A stretch of 64,000 nucleotides of DNA from Eledone cirrhosa (GCA_964016885.1 OZ024740.1:93496001-93560000); one strand, 5' to 3'. Positions 13,791 to 27,964 are shown, counted from the stretch's first letter. Notes: generated from the letters alone by a model not told the origin. Numbers and translations: made by a program.

Positions 13791-13980
13791 ATAATAATTG
13801 TTTCTACTTTAGGCACAAGGCCAGCAATAATCCAGTACATTACTGGTACTTTATTTTATCGACCGCGTAAGGATGAAAGGCAAAGTTAACCTCGGCGGGA
13901 TTTGAACTCCCATAATAATAATAATTGTTTCTACTTTAGGCACAAGGCCAGCAATTATCCAGTACATTACTGGTACTTTA
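13791..13980 (-). mobile_element. Two tandem 5'-truncated SINE copies with (ATT)n tails
   Basis: ATAATTGTTTCTACTTTAGGCACAAGGCCAGCAAT occurs at ~13794 and ~13921. Confidence 0.9.
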
Positions 13981-14020
13981 ATAATAATAATACCATATTA
14001 ATAATAATAATAATAATAAT

Positions 14021-14825
14021 ACTTACCTCCCGGGGTCTTGTGAAGATCGGGTTGTTCGTCGTCCATGGTTGGTGGGGATTCTTTTTGGAACCCGTTTAAA
14101 AGTCACGATGTGGGTTTCACATTCGAGGTTCCCACGTCTTGAGGAAAGCTCTCTCGAATTTAATTGAAGGAATCGAGTGACATTCGGACCAGAAGCAAAT
14201 CTTCTGGCACGCAAAATATGCTCATTTCAAAAAATCTCCCCCTCTGTTTGAATGTCCTTGCTTCGTGCTAAGAGGGCCATCAGTTTATCGTTGGCCATTC
14301 TGACAAGCACGAAGTCTTTAACATTTTGTTGGTGTGGTTTTATTTGTTTTCGTTTTGGTGACTGTGGTAGTGATGGTTTTGGTGGTGTTGTTTCGGGTAT
14401 GTCTGTGTTTGTTGTAAGTGTGGTGTCTGCAATTTCAGGTATTTGTGTGTTTATTTGTACTAGTTTGTTTAGGTTGTTTGTGTTTCGGGGATGGTGGTGG
14501 TGGTGTAGATGTTGCTGTCGGTGCTAATGTTATTGGGGAAGATTTGCGTTAGTGGTGTCTGTATTTTTTGTTTTGTATGTATTTGTGTTTTGTTGGAGCC
14601 TTTTTTGGGTGAGGTTTCTTTTTTTTTTTTTTGCACTTTTGCGTTTTCCTTCAGCTTGCTGCTGGAAGACAACGTGCCTGGGGATGTGAGTGTCTCTGTG
14701 TCTGTTGTGCCTTTATTGTTTTGTCTATGTGTATAATTGGGAGGAGTGTAGGGGGAGTGGAATAGCTTTCCTCGTTTTCCCCTTGGATTGGTTTCAGTAT
14801 TGGTAGTGGTCCGTGTCTTTGTTGG
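14021..14825 (-). mobile_element. Tx1-like B/D-type ORF1 C-terminal fragment joined directly to (ATT)n, no ORF2
   Basis: Aligns with ~48243-49050 (end of intact ORF1); ends at GGTAAGT followed by ATT repeats. Confidence 0.85.
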
Positions 14826-14868
<43 letters not shown>

Positions 14869-17800
14869 TTTCTTTATTAACCACATGGGTTTACATAAAG
14901 TAGACATTAAGGACAGTGCAGGACAATACAGGACGGTACAAATGGGCATTTCTGCGTGTAAAAAACAAAAACACAGGATGTAACAAAAATAACAATGAAA
15001 AATTCCCCAATAGGGGGGAGACTTCGGGGGGACATTTGTGGAGAAAGCCCAGTAAAAGGCCACAATGACCCTGACCACCAAGGCAAGTGCCCTCTCCCAG
15101 TTTTCCACCTTTAATTTACAGATATATACTCAGAGTAGGCCCATTCACTCGGGCCATTCTTGCTTCTCTCACCCATCTTTCAACAAAATGCTGGGAATAG
15201 AGCACTTCCCTCTCTACTCTGATTTTCCTTTTCAAATGAAATTTGAAAAAGTCAATCAGAGCATCACCGAAGAGGTAAGTGCTCGTCTTCAGCCCTTTCA
15301 AACGTCCATCATACTATCTCTTTCGCCATGGCCACCAGACAGATAAAAACTGCCTGCCCTTCCCGGCTAAAGGAGGAGGGCGGGGCAATCCTCACGATGG
15401 ACTCAGATGATAGCCGGATCCGTCCTAAACGCGACAGCAGGTGTTCGACATAAACCCACAAGTCAGCAATTTTCGGACACTGGACGAGTGCGTGCAGGAC
15501 GATTTCGTCGCCCTGCGCGCAATCGGACATGCCCGGCGAACGGCATCTCCATGCCTGTAGAGTTTATCCCGAACTGGCAAGGCTCCTCTGTAGCACTGCC
15601 AGGCCAGAGATTTCTGGAAGTTGTCCATAGGCCCCGGCCCGAGAGTTCTTCCGAAGAGATTGGCTAGTTGATTTTCGTCGACGCCTAGAATTTCCCCAAG
15701 TGTACGCCATCACTCTTCCCCTCCACTAATCTTCTATAGAACGCCGAGGTGGAGTTTCCACCGATCGCATTGCCCGATTGGTCGAGGGCTGTGAGCGCCT
15801 GAAGACATTCCAGTCTCCAGGCGCTCCCTATCGGTCTTCGCTTGACCCAGGACTGCAGCTCCGTCAAGGAAACGAGCTGGGGAAATACGTGTCTAGCAAA
15901 CGGCGACCACACCTGATCACCGTCGAGGAAGAGGTGGAGATGTCGTAGCCTGAGCGCGTGCCTGCGCATCATCAGCCACAGCATGCCCAGCCCTCCACGT
16001 AGCGGGTGTTGACAACAGATGGACCGCCTGACCATCGGAGCGCGTCCCTTCTACAGAAAGCGAAAGAGCAAACGTCCCAGCGCAGTCAGGCGATGCTTAG
16101 AGCAAGGTACGACGGTCAGGCGGTAGCAGATGACAGACGCGATGTACGCGTTAGCCACCTCAGCTCGACCTTTCAGGGATAGCTTTCTCTCCGCCCATTT
16201 CTGAGTGAGAGAAGCCACCCTGCTCGTCTCCTCGTCCCAGTTTTTGTCCGTCTGGAGGTCCGAACCGAACCAGACCCCTAGCAATTTAACCGGTCCGTCC
16301 GTCCAGCGTCCGACGACGCTGTTGGACGGCATGGACCTTCCTCTCCAGGTGCCGAGCTGCAGGCCCACTGACTTATCCTGGTTGATCATTGCTCATGTCA
16401 CCGCTTCGTATTCTCTTAGTGTAGTGCCGATCGCCTTGATGTGTTTGGAGTTCGACACCGCTACGGTGACATCGACCGCATATGCTGACACGGATCTTCC
16501 GCATCCTAGTTCGCGCGGGACGCCCGTCAAGGTCTCCAGTTTGTGCAGTAATGGCTTGAGAGTCAATACGTACAAGAGGGACGAGAGGGGACATCCTTGG
16601 CGGACCGAGCGCATGATGTTGATCGGTTCCGACAGGTGACCGTTCTCTCTCACCAAAGAGCAGATGTCGCGGTGCATGGCAGCGATCCAGCCTCTGAAGA
16701 CGGTCCCAAAGCCAGCCGCCCTCAGGATTGCCGCTAGATAACGATGGTGTACCCTATCGAAAGCTTTCGACTGATCTAAATTGATCAAGGACCCACCCGT
16801 GCCAGGTTCCCTAGCTACCCTCTCTACGATGCATCGCATGAGGTAGAGGTTGTCGTGGATGGATCTGTCGGGAATGGCGCATGTCTGCGCCTCTCCCACT
16901 AGACCACCAACGACAAGCACCAACCTCTTTGCTAGCACCTTGGCCAATATCTTGAACTCTGTGTTTAGCAGAGTTATGGCCGGAAATTATCTATGTTATC
17001 CCCCTTGTTCGGATCCTTTCTCAGCAGTGCCACCGCTTCTCGGCTCACAGAACTGTGAATTCTCCCGTTCAGTTGCCAGTTGCAGTAGACGTCCGCCAAG
17101 AGGCCTTCGAACAAGTCTGACATCTGTACGTAAAGTTCATAGGGCAGACCACCCTAACCAGGCGATTTACCCCTTGTGCAGCCAGTCATTGTCTACCTTA
17201 CTTCAGCGGCTGTTATCGGCTTTTCGCAACACTTCGCCTCGGTGGCCGAGAGCCGCGTCAGTCCGACGAGGTAGACACTAAAGTCCATCCCTCAACCCGG
17301 CCCACCGCTGGCCCCAAACAGCTAAGCGAAGTGTCGCTGAAAAGTTTCACACATTTTCCCGGGATCGAGTAGCATGCGCCCGTCGTGGTCCACCAAAGAG
17401 CGGATCGTGGCTTTGTTGCCACGACGCGCCTCCGCCACTCGGGCCCATTGAACGGCTTTCGTCCCCTCGTGTATGAGAGCACGCACCCTTGCTCTGACAA
17501 CGCAGCCTTCGTGCTTTGCATTGAAGAATTGGTCAAGGGCCAATTTCGCCGCAAGCACGTCGGTCGCAATGCCTTTGCTAAGCGCCTCGTCTAATTTTCT
17601 AAGAGTTCTCCCTCTGCTCTATTTTTCTCTATTGCTAAAGCCTTACTAAACCTAATGGATTCTATTCTAATCGCTCTTTTCAGAGCAAACCACCACTTGT
17701 TGTTGACGATGGCCCCCGTCAACGCCCGCTTAACTAGTTCGCTAATCCGGTCTCTGTAGGCCTTGCGCGCTGGTAAGGACGCGTTTAGCTTCCAGTAGCC

Positions 17801-20800
17801 GAGTCCTCGTCTATGAATCCTATCTAAGTCAAGCACACAGATCACGAATTTGTGGTCCGTGTAGCTGACTATCTTGAATTGTGGACAGCCTATGCTAGAC
17901 CCATCTATTTCCCTACAAAATACTCTATCTAGATATGATCTGGATGACCCTATAAGTTTTGTGCAAGTCCACATTGGCACATTCGGGAAATCCAATCGGT
18001 ACCTGTCAGATAGTTCAAAACGCCTGAACAGGTGGTGAGGCTCTTGCACCATCCTCCCCTATCCGCTAATCCCACACAGTCCCAGCGTGCATCTAAGATC
18101 CCGTTCCAGTCGCCCACTAACACTAAAGAGCGGGATGTTCCAAGAAAGGTCTCCAGACGCCGGAAGAAATCAGGCCGCCCTGCTCCTGTCGGGGCATAGA
18201 CGGCCACTAGCCTGAAAGCTTGCCCGTCTCCGCTGGTCACGTCCAGCACCACCAGCTTACCCTCTGGGTTCAGGAAGATGGCCCGTATGGCGAGATCCAA
18301 ACCTCTCCGAAAAAGCACAGCAACTCCTCCCCCGATCCAGGACGGCTGGGAGATGCGTACACATCGTAGCCGCCGAAGATCGGTGCGAAGGCCCGTGCTT
18401 CGGAGATTCTGGTTTCGCTGATGGCCACTACATCTATGTTTAGTGACCTGAGGTCGTTGAGCAGGTGACCCTGCTTCCATGACGACCCCAAGCCACGCGC
18501 ATTTATGCTGCCTATTCTGAGTGGGGTCATGTTTAAAATAGAGTGGAAAAGTTGAGAAAGACCACTTACCGTACTTTTCGTAGAGGAGGGATGGTTTTTA
18601 CATCCCTTTTCACTTGATCGTCTGGTGAATGGACCGTTGAATCGTCCCTTCGGCTGGTCGTCGGCTCTTCTATGAGTATGTCCGAATATACTCTTCGATT
18701 GATAGTTCCACCTAGATCCCTGAAATCACCAACTGCGTTGGGGAATTTCGTTTTAATGTTTGTGTATTGTTTCTGTGCTATTTTTAGCAGTCTTATTTTA
18801 GTTGGCGTTTTGATTGGTGCTGGTATTATGTAGTCGTGTTGTGAAATGTCTGTGTGTTCAATTATGTAAGTCATTAGTTTCTTGTTGTGTGTATTTATTG
18901 CCGTGCATTTGTTTTTCTGGGGGTGTGGTGTGGTTCTGCTATTTTCTTGTCGTTGTTGCTGGGTGTGTGTGTTTTGTTGTTGTGTTTGCGATGTTGGTGC
19001 TTGTGGCGGTGGTGTTGAAGGTGTTGTTGTTGTTGTTGGCAGTGGGGTTGTCGCCGGTGGTGATGGTGGTGCTAGTGTGGGTTGTAATGGTGTTGCTGGT
19101 GTTGCTGCTCTGAGTCTCTTTGCAGTAGACTTTACGCTTTTCTCATTTTTTTCCTCCCTTTTCAAAGGCGACTATGCGCTGCTTCTGCGTTTGTGCCTTC
19201 TTACGACCATTTGCCATCCCTCTCCCACCTCACACTCCATGTCTGATTCTGTGAGGTCGGGGAGGTGTACCAGCTCCACTCTTTCACTTCTTGTTGTTGG
19301 TGATGTTTGCACTGCTGCTGCTGTTTTTGATTTCCTTGGCGTGGGTATGGGTGCCACGGACCTATCGTTCCTGGTTGCCGCTTGTCCTGTTGCTCGTAGC
19401 CGTGGAGTCGGTTTCGGAAGGAGGGGGGTTTTCTCCTTTCTCGGGGTCTTCTCGTTGCAGAAGGCCCTGAGGTGAGTCTTCGATCCACAGCGAAAGCATT
19501 TCGGGCGTTTGGCCTCAACACTTTTGGGCAGTTGAGTGCCGTTATCGAAGTCTATCACATCCGGGATAGCTTCGATGCACTCCTGGTTGGTTTAGATTAA
19601 CATCTCAATGGAGGTGCCGACCCAATCTTCTCTTACTTTTTTCTGTACTTGCAGTACAGTTGTTTTGTCCTCGATTCCGACGAGGACAGACGCGGCCAGC
19701 CAAGAAGGGGCCAACCCGTTTTGACGTGGGTCAGTTTGACCCTCACAATTTTTTGCCCGCAGTAGGAGGGCACCAACACCATTTCCTCGCTCTTTAGGGT
19801 CACTACGGATTGAGCCTTTGCCTCCAGGGGTGTGGCAAAAAGTACGTCTACGGTTGCATATTTTTTGCCTCGGGTGATTTGCGTTTTCCGCTGCCACACA
19901 GACCCCGAGGCTTTTTGTATTTGAGCCTCTGTGGCTCTTTCAACCCTACGGGATTTGGTACTTACTGTACGGTACGTGACCGTACAGTGCTGTTGGGTTT
20001 CGAAAAATGTTTCCGCTGCCTTGCAGATTGCTCGGTGTCCATTCTTTGTCACCATCTTCTTCGCTTCCTCTAATTCCTCATTTGTTATGAGGATTGTTTC
20101 CAGGTTCTTAGCAATACCTGCAAACGAGATTGGTTTTTCTTTGCTGCTGTTGTTGTTGTTGTCGTCAGAGCTGCTGTTACTTTTGTTGTTGCTGCAGGTA
20201 CTACGACTACTGACTCCGCCGCTGTTGCTGTGGTTGTTGTTGGTGTTGCTGCTGCTAATGCTGTTGTTGTTTATGCTGCTGTTGATGCTGTTGCGGCTGC
20301 TACTGTTGTTTTCATTGTCACGGTTGCTGTTGTTATTACGGCTGCTACTGCAATTATTCCTGACGTCAGACGAATGAAATGGGTTTTCGTATTTTCCGCA
20401 CACCTGTTTCGTCGTTGTCGTCGTCGTCGTGGAGAAATCTTGCACGCTTTGCACGAGACTTTTCTTTTCTGTCGTCGCTTGCGAAAGAGAAGGAAGGGAG
20501 AGAGACAATCTTCTCTCTGCTGTAGTGATGATTGAGGAAGAAGAAGATGGAATCAGTGGGAGTGACCTATGAAAATTCTTTTTCGTAGCCATTTTGTTTT
20601 TTTTGTTTAAATTAAATATTGGGCACAAACCCCAATAAGCAGTTATTTAACCCCGAAGAGCCAAATAACGGGCAGAGAGACATCCTCTCACGAGGAGGAG
20701 GGTGTTTTTGTCTACAAGTTCGTTAAAGTTTTAAACAATTTACAATTATTATAGCGTTCAAAATGTACAATACCTTACAGAGCCGAGCCTCCGTCAACCA

Positions 20801-20808
20801 TAGCATTC
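14826..20808 (-). mobile_element. Tx1/L1-clade LINE copy A1, full length, frameshifted
   Basis: (ATT)n tail 14826-14866; ORF2 relics 18530->15116 (GSINARGL, VYAPT, GDWN, LDQSKAFDRV, SVRQGCPLS); ORF1 relics 20592->18566 with CFRCGSKTHLRAFC knuckle; 5' end abuts (AAT)n. Confidence 0.95.
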
Positions 20809-20843
<35 letters not shown>

Positions 20844-21970
20844 GTAGAAGAAGAAGAAGAAGAGAACAATAGACCAGGGGATGTCCGAGGAATAAATAAC
20901 AACACGGAGGATGAGCAACCTTCATGTAAAATCCCTTCATAATACCTTCTTTAAGAAAACTGAATTTAGAGATCCACAGACATGGAACTGGTTAAAAAGA
21001 GGAGACCTTAAAAAGGCTACAGAAGGAATGCTAATGGCTGCGCAAGAGCAGACATTCAAAACGAAGTGGGTGAAACACCATATTTACAAGGAGGAAGCTA
21101 GCCCACTGTGTATGATCTGTGGAGAGAGAGAGGAGAGACTGGGGCTCACATTGTATCCAAGTGTAAACACCTAGCCCAGACTCACTATAAAGGCTGGAGA
21201 CATGATGTGATGGCAGGGTGATCCACTGGCACCTATGCAAAAGTAAACAATGTACCTAATTCTGAGAAGTGGTATGAGCATGAGCCAGAGTTGGTGATAG
21301 AAAACGATCAGGTGAAGGTGCTATGGGATTTTAGGATACAGACGGAAACTGGAACTCGATAGGCCTAATCTGGTGGTTTTGGACAAGGAAAAAGATCGTG
21401 CCTGATTGTAGATGTAGCCTACTCATTTGACACGAGAGTGCAAGAAAAGGAGAGGGAGAAAATTAACCGATACCAGGAATTAAAGTCGGAGGTAAAAAGG
21501 ATTTGGAACTGCCATGGAGTCAGAGTCGACCCGATTGTCATAGGCGCACTTGGTACTATCTCAAAGAGTGTCCAAGGATGGTTAAAGAAAGTTAATCCAG
21601 CCCTGCTTTTTGGAACACTTCAAAAGGAATGCTTGTTGGGAACAGCAAGAACCCTGCGATACGCCCTGAATATCTGAGGCTGCAGATAACGGCTTGATAT
21701 TCAACTAACTTTCCAGTTAAATAACTTTTTCTACTTTAGGCACAAGGCCAGCAATTACCCAGTGCATTACTGGTACTTTATTTTATCGACCCCGTAAGGA
21801 TGAAAGGCAAAGTCAACCTCGGCGGGATTTGAACTCAGATCGTAAAGGGACGTAACTATGTTGGAAAGCATGGTTTCTGACCCTCTACCGATACTGCCAA
21901 TCCACCGCCCAGTTAAATTTCCAGTTAAATAACATCAATGACTGAGACTCAAAGAACAATAATAATAATA
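20844..21970 (+). mobile_element. 5'-truncated R4/Dong-clade element with (AAT)n tail; SINE in its 3'UTR
   Basis: TEGMLMAAQEQ, CMICGE, EKEREKINRYQELK..PIVIGALGT; closely similar to 37551-38385; AAT repeats at both ends. Confidence 0.9.
21726..21910 (-). mobile_element. Full-length SINE with 16-bp target-site duplication
   Basis: TTTCCAGTTAAATAAC at 21710-21725 and 21918-21933; A-box and B-box (GAGTTCAAATCC) present. Confidence 0.92.
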
Positions 21971-22013
21971 ATTGTGTCTAATTTAGGCACAAGGCCAGCA
22001 ATTACCCAGTAAA

Positions 22014-25000
22014 AATAATAATAATTTATTTCATTTATTGGCCACAAGGGACGACACATAGTGGACAATACAAGAAACTGTGACAGTGGGGGTCTATATA
22101 TACAACTGTAAACAATATAAATAACAATAACAAAATAACAATAAGAATACAACGAGAATCATTCCCCGATGGGGGGATGACGACCCATGGCTCACTCAGG
22201 TACCCCACCAATCCTGAACGTTTCGATGTTTAGAGAGCACCCGGGAAGGGCACCCCTATCCTACTCAAATTCACCCACCTACAGGCGCATGATCAGAGTA
22301 GGCCCACTCATACGGGCCAATCTCGCCACATTCACCCACCTTTCAGCAAATGTACTGGGTGTTTGCAGCACTTCTCTCTCCACCTGCACCGTCATTTCCA
22401 AGTAAAACTTGAAAAAGGTGATGGGGGATTGGCCGAAGAGAAAAGTGTCTGTCTTCAGTCCTTTCAACCTGGTACACCATACAATCTCTTTCGCTACTCC
22501 CTGTGAAAGAGAAATTGCCTGCCCTTCGAGGCCAAAAGAAGGCGGCGGGTCGATCTATACTATAGACTCGGCTGTAAGCCGGATCCGTTCTACACGCAAC
22601 AGAAGCTGGTCGACATAACTCCACAAGTTAGTAATGACGGACACTGGACGTGTGCGTGAAGAACGGTTTCGTCGCTCTGTACTCATCTCGGGCAGGTCAG
22701 TCTGACAGCACTTCCGTGCCTGTAGTGTTTATCTCGAACCGGCAGTGCCTCCCGGTAGCACTGCAAAGCGAAGGATTTTTGGAAATTATCCATCGTCCAC
22801 GGCTCGAAAGTCCTCCGAAACAGACTGGTTAGTTCGACTTCGTCGACGCCCAGAGCGTCTCCGAGTGCGTCGTCGCAACATTCCAGATGCCAGTCACCTA
22901 GTCTCGCTCTTTTCTTGACCCAGGATTGCAGCTCAATCAAAGAGATGGGCTGCGGAAAGGGCCGTCTGACAAACGGCGGTCACATCTGTTCAGCGCGTGT
23001 CTGCACATCATTAGCCACGACATACCCAGCCTTTCACGTAGAGGGTGTTGGCAGCAGATGGACCACCTCAGCAACGGAACCTGACCCCTCCACAAATGTT
23101 TGTAGAGGAGCCGTTCCATGTTGGCGATGCGCGAACGGGGGCAAGGGACGACGGTCAGGCGGTAGTTGATGACGGACGCGATGTACGCATTCGCGACCTC
23201 TGCCCGACCTTTCAGTGAGAGCTTCCTTGCAGCCCATTTCAGGGTTAGACTGGCTACCTGGCCCGTCACCTCGTCCCAATTCTTATCCACCTGAAGGTCT
23301 GACCCACACCAAACCCCGAGCAACTTTACCGGTCCAGCGCCTAACGACGCTGTTGGACGGCATGGAGATGCCTCTCCAGGTGCCGTGTTACAAGCCCACC
23401 GACATTTCCGGGTGAAGTTTTGCACCTGTCAACCTTTCATATTCCTACAATACGTTGCCGACCACCTCGATTTATGAAGGGTCCAACACCATCATGGTGA
23501 CGTCGTCCGCATAAGCCGACACAGCGTTTCCACGTCCTGGTTCGAGCTTGCTGCCCTGCAACAACTCCAGCTTCCGCAGTAAGGGCTCGAGAGTCAATAC
23601 GTACAGAAGACAGCAGGGAGGTCATCCTTGACGGACCGATCTGGAGATCTGAAACGGTTGCGAGAGGTGGCTATTAACTTTAACCACAGCAGATGCCGCT
23701 GTGCATTGCAGCGATATTGCTTCTGAAGACGGGCCTGAACCTGCTGCCTTGAAGATAGCTTCCAGTTACCGATGGTCGACCCTATCGAATGATTTCGATT
23801 GATCTAAATTGATCAGAGCCCCACCGAAGCCAGGTTTACACCCTACCACCTCTATGATGTATCGCATCAGATAGTGGTTGTCGTGTATGAACCTGGTCAG
23901 GATTGCGCAAGTTTCTGCCTCAGCAAACAAATCCTCGACGACAAACGCCAACCTATTCAGTAACACCGTGGCCAGAATCTTAAACTCTGTGTTGAGCACA
24001 GTTATGGGTCTGAAATTGTCTAAGGTGTCCTTCTTGTTCTTGTCTTTCCTTATCAGCATCACTACGCCCCGGCTCACAGTACTGGGAATACTCCAGTTCT
24101 GCTACCAGTTGCAGTAGAGCGCTACGAGGAGATCGTAGAACAAGTCTGGCAAATTTACGTAAAGCTCGTAACGCAGACCTTCCAAACCGTGTGAGTTGCG
24201 CCTCACGCAGCCGACAAAGGCATCCTGAATCTAGGCTGAAGCGATCGGCCATTCGCAGCGCTCACTGTAGGCCGTCGAGAGTTCCGGCAAGCCATCGAGT
24301 TAGGGACTGAAGTCCGCCACCGTCTCTGAAAACTACCGAGCAAAATGTTGGCGAAAGGCCTCACACATCTGCTTGGAATCGTTTGTGTCTGTCTCGTTCC
24401 GTCAAAGACTGAATCGTAGTTTTATTACCACGCTGCGTCTCTGCCACCCGGGCCAATCGAACAACTTTGGTTCCCTTGTTTCTCAGAGCACGCGCCTAAG
24501 CACTGACAATGCAAGAGACGTGTTTCTCATTGAAGAAATGATCTAATACCTTTCTCATCGCTAGCACGTCAGTTGCAATGTCACTACAAATAGAATCGTC
24601 TAACTTATCTACCAACTCGCTCTCCTTTCTATTTTTCTCTAACTCTACTTCTTTTCTAAACCCTATCGACATTACTCTAATCACTGTTTTGAGAGTCCCC
24701 CACCATCTACTGTTGACGACTCCCCCTGTCAACTTTTTCTTAAGTAAATTCTTGACCCGGTCCATGTAAGCCTTACGTGCTGGAAATGGCATGTCCAGCC
24801 CCCAGTAACCAGGTCGTAACCTACGCATCTTATCTAGGTCGACCTTACAGACAACAAACGTGTGATCTCTATAGCCGACCGTTTTAAAACGTGGACAGCT
24901 TACACTATCTGTCTATTTTCGTTATGAATATCCTGTCTATATAAGATTAAGATGACCCTATGCGGTCGAACCAGGACCAGGTTCACACTAGGGAAATCTA

Positions 25001-27933
25001 GTCGGTACCTGTCAGACAGTTGGAACTGACTGATCAGGTACTACAGGCTTTTGCACACCCCTGCTCCTATCGGATACTCCCACACAGTCCCAGCGTGCGT
25101 CTAAGATGCAGTTCCAGTCTCCCGCTAACAGTAAAGTGCGGAACGTACCCAGAAATGCTTCCAGGCATCTAAAAAAGTCCGGCCTTCCTGCCCCAGTAGG
25201 GGCGTAGACGGCCACCCGTCTAAAGGCACCACCTTTGTTATTGTTCATGTCCAGGACTACCAACTTACCGTCCGGGTCCCTGATGATCGACCTTACCTCG
25301 AGATCCAGGCCTTTCCTAAACACCACTGCCACCCCACCCACATTGCCGGGCGACTAACAGTTGCGAAGATTTGATAGTCTTCGAAAATGGGGACTAGATA
25401 GGCTCGTGTCGGAAATCCTGGTCTCGCTGACGGCAATTACATTCATTTCTACAGGCTTGAGGTCGTTAAGCAGGTGACCCTGCTTCCAGGACGATCCCAG
25501 GCCTCGAACATTTAGACTTCCTACTCTTAATACGGCCATGTTGGCAGACTAAAAGAGAGAGGAAAGGTTTACTTACCCTCCGGGCTCTTGTGAAGGTCGG
25601 GTGGTTTGACCTCCATAGTTGGTGGAGTTTCTTTTGGGAACCCCTTTAAAAGTATTGAAGGGGATTTCACGTTGGGGGTTCCCAGGTCTCGAGGAAAGCT
25701 GTCTCGTATCTCTTTGCATTCGAGCGACATTTGCCCCTGAACAAATCTTCCGGCACGTTAAATGTGCCCGATTTAATAATACCCACCTCTTTTTGAATCT
25801 CTTTTATTTCGTGCTACGAGGGCCATGATGTCCTTGTTGGCCCTTCTGACGATTATGAAGTTGTGTATGTTTTGTTGGTGTGATTTTATTTGCTTGCGTG
25901 GCTTGGTGGTGATGGTTTTGATAGTGTTGTTTCGGTTGTGTCTGTGTTTGTTGTGAGTGCAGTGTCTGTGGTTTCAGATGTACGTGTGTATATTTGTTCT
26001 TCCGTCTGTTTAGGTTGTTTGTGTTTGGGGCATTGTGTTGATGGTGATGGTGATGGTGGTGTTGATGTTGGTGTTGTCGGGCAGATGTTTGAGTGAGCGG
26101 TATGTACATTTTTTTTCGTGGATGTTTTTGTATTTTGTGGATTTTTTTTACGTTTCCTTGTTTGTATTTTGGGGGATTTGGTTTTACCTCCTCGTCACTA
26201 CTGGTAGATGAATGGTCTGCGTCTGCAAGTGTGTCCGTGTCTGTGTGTGTGTTTATGTTTTTATTGGTGTGTGTATTTTCATCGGGAGGGGGGAGTTTCC
26301 TCGACCTCCCTCCCCTGAGTGTTCAATGCTGGTGGTGGTGTTACTATTAATGTTCTTACTGGTGGTGGTTTCGCCGGTGCTGGTGTTGGTTGTGGTCTTC
26401 GCACCGGCGTCGGCAGCAGTGGAGCACATCGACCCCTTCCATCTTTCAGCACTTGAGGGCAGAAGGCCCGCAAATGGACTTTTTCCCCACAAACAAAACA
26501 ATGCGGCCTTTTCCCCGCGGCATAATGTGATTTACCGTCCTGCTCTGTAGACGGATGTGGTCCGGGATTGTTTTGATATTCTCGGGCCTGATCTGGAGAA
26601 GTATCTTTAGGTCAACCCCGGACCAGTCCTCTCCGGCAGTTCTTGTTACATCTATCGGGACGTTATATGTCCCTTCCGCAATCACACATCCTAGAAGCCA
26701 CCACGTGTCAAGTCCTTGTGGGATTCTGGGAATGCGGAGACGGGCTGTCATTTTTCCTATGTGCGAAGGGTACATTATTACCTTGCTGGTTTTGCAAAGT
26801 GTCATAGCATGTTTGATAGTGAGGGCTTCTGACTTAAACGGGACCGAAATTCTGCCGTACTGTCTGCCCCTCGCTATGTATGAGGTGTCGACCCTGATGC
26901 ACCTCCACGCGACTTCGACATCTGATTGTGGAATTAAAGCTGCCCTCTTGGTTTGTGCTGAGATGCATCTGTAATATACCGCTGTCCTCTATTGCTTCAA
27001 TAGCTTCTACCGAGACAGTTAAGTTGGTACAAGTTTGCTCTTGCTTGATGCGTTTCCTGACCTGGGCCAAATTTTCATCTTTGTTCGAGAGGCCCATGAT
27101 GAAGCGCGGCCTCTTTTTGGCTGCTGCCGCAGCGAAAATGTTCTTGTTGTCCTTGTTGCTGTTGGTGTCGTCGTTGTTATTGTGGGTGTTGTTGGACTTA
27201 TCACTGTTGCAGTTGGTTATATCTTTGATGCCGACTTTGTTGTTGTTATTGGCACAGTTGTTATTGTTGCTATTGGAGCTGTCACTGTTTATATTCTGGT
27301 TAGTGGTGTTAATTTCATTGTTGTTTTCTTTGATATTGTTGTTGCTGCTATTGTTGTTATTGTTGTTGTTGTTGTTGTTGTGGTTGTCACTGTTGTTGAT
27401 ATTGTTTCCTTTGTTGTCGTTCTTTCTGTTTTTGGTGTTGTTATCATTATTGCAGTTGTTGATTTTTCTGTCGTTGTGGCTGGTGCTTTTGTCGTTCTTG
27501 TTCACAACTGTTGTTTTGTTTACTGTTTTTGGTAATGTCGCTGATGCGGTTGTTGTCATTTTTCTTCATATTATTATTATTGCTGTTGTTGGCGACATTG
27601 CCTGATGTGTTGTTACATTTAAAATTGATGCGGGAGGGGCAGAGTTATTAGCCTCAAAGATCGACACGCTGTCGGCAGACAGCAAGCTAAAAAATGGGCG
27701 TGGCTCCGCCATATTTTATTTTTTAAATTCTTTTATAAAAACTTTGTTTTAAACACACACAGCTTAAATATTTGGGCCAACAGGCCCGAATATTATGGGG
27801 AGTCCTTTTTGGGGGACAAAGACTAAAGCTTATTTCCCGTTTGAAGCAAAAATATTAATGACAAACGTATTTCAAAGAGTAGAAAAATCTTACTTAGGAG
27901 CTCACCATAGTACATCCATTCGCTTCAACGAAC
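22014..27933 (-). mobile_element. Tx1/L1-clade LINE copy D (B-related), full length, decayed
   Basis: ORF1 starts MAEPRP at 27712, Asn-rich N-terminus, ends ~25569; ORF2 relics 25539->22279 (MAVLRVGSLNVRGL..GPTLIMRL); AAT repeats at both ends. Confidence 0.95.

Positions 27934-27964
<31 letters not shown>

Noticed and set aside
13791-13980. Repeated ~60-bp units resembling a CRISPR array
   Set aside because: They are truncated SINE 3' ends in eukaryotic DNA, with no regular spacers or cas genes.
14019-14060. ATACTTACCT looks like the 5' end of U1 snRNA
   Set aside because: Only 10 nt match. The rest is the reverse strand of the ORF1 C-terminus, with no U1 stem-loops or Sm site.
26928-27605. 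Long poly-Leu/Val plus-strand ORFs (also 19931-20377, 33282-33698, 49781-50161)
   Set aside because: Antisense shadows of AAC/AGC-rich ORF1 low-complexity regions
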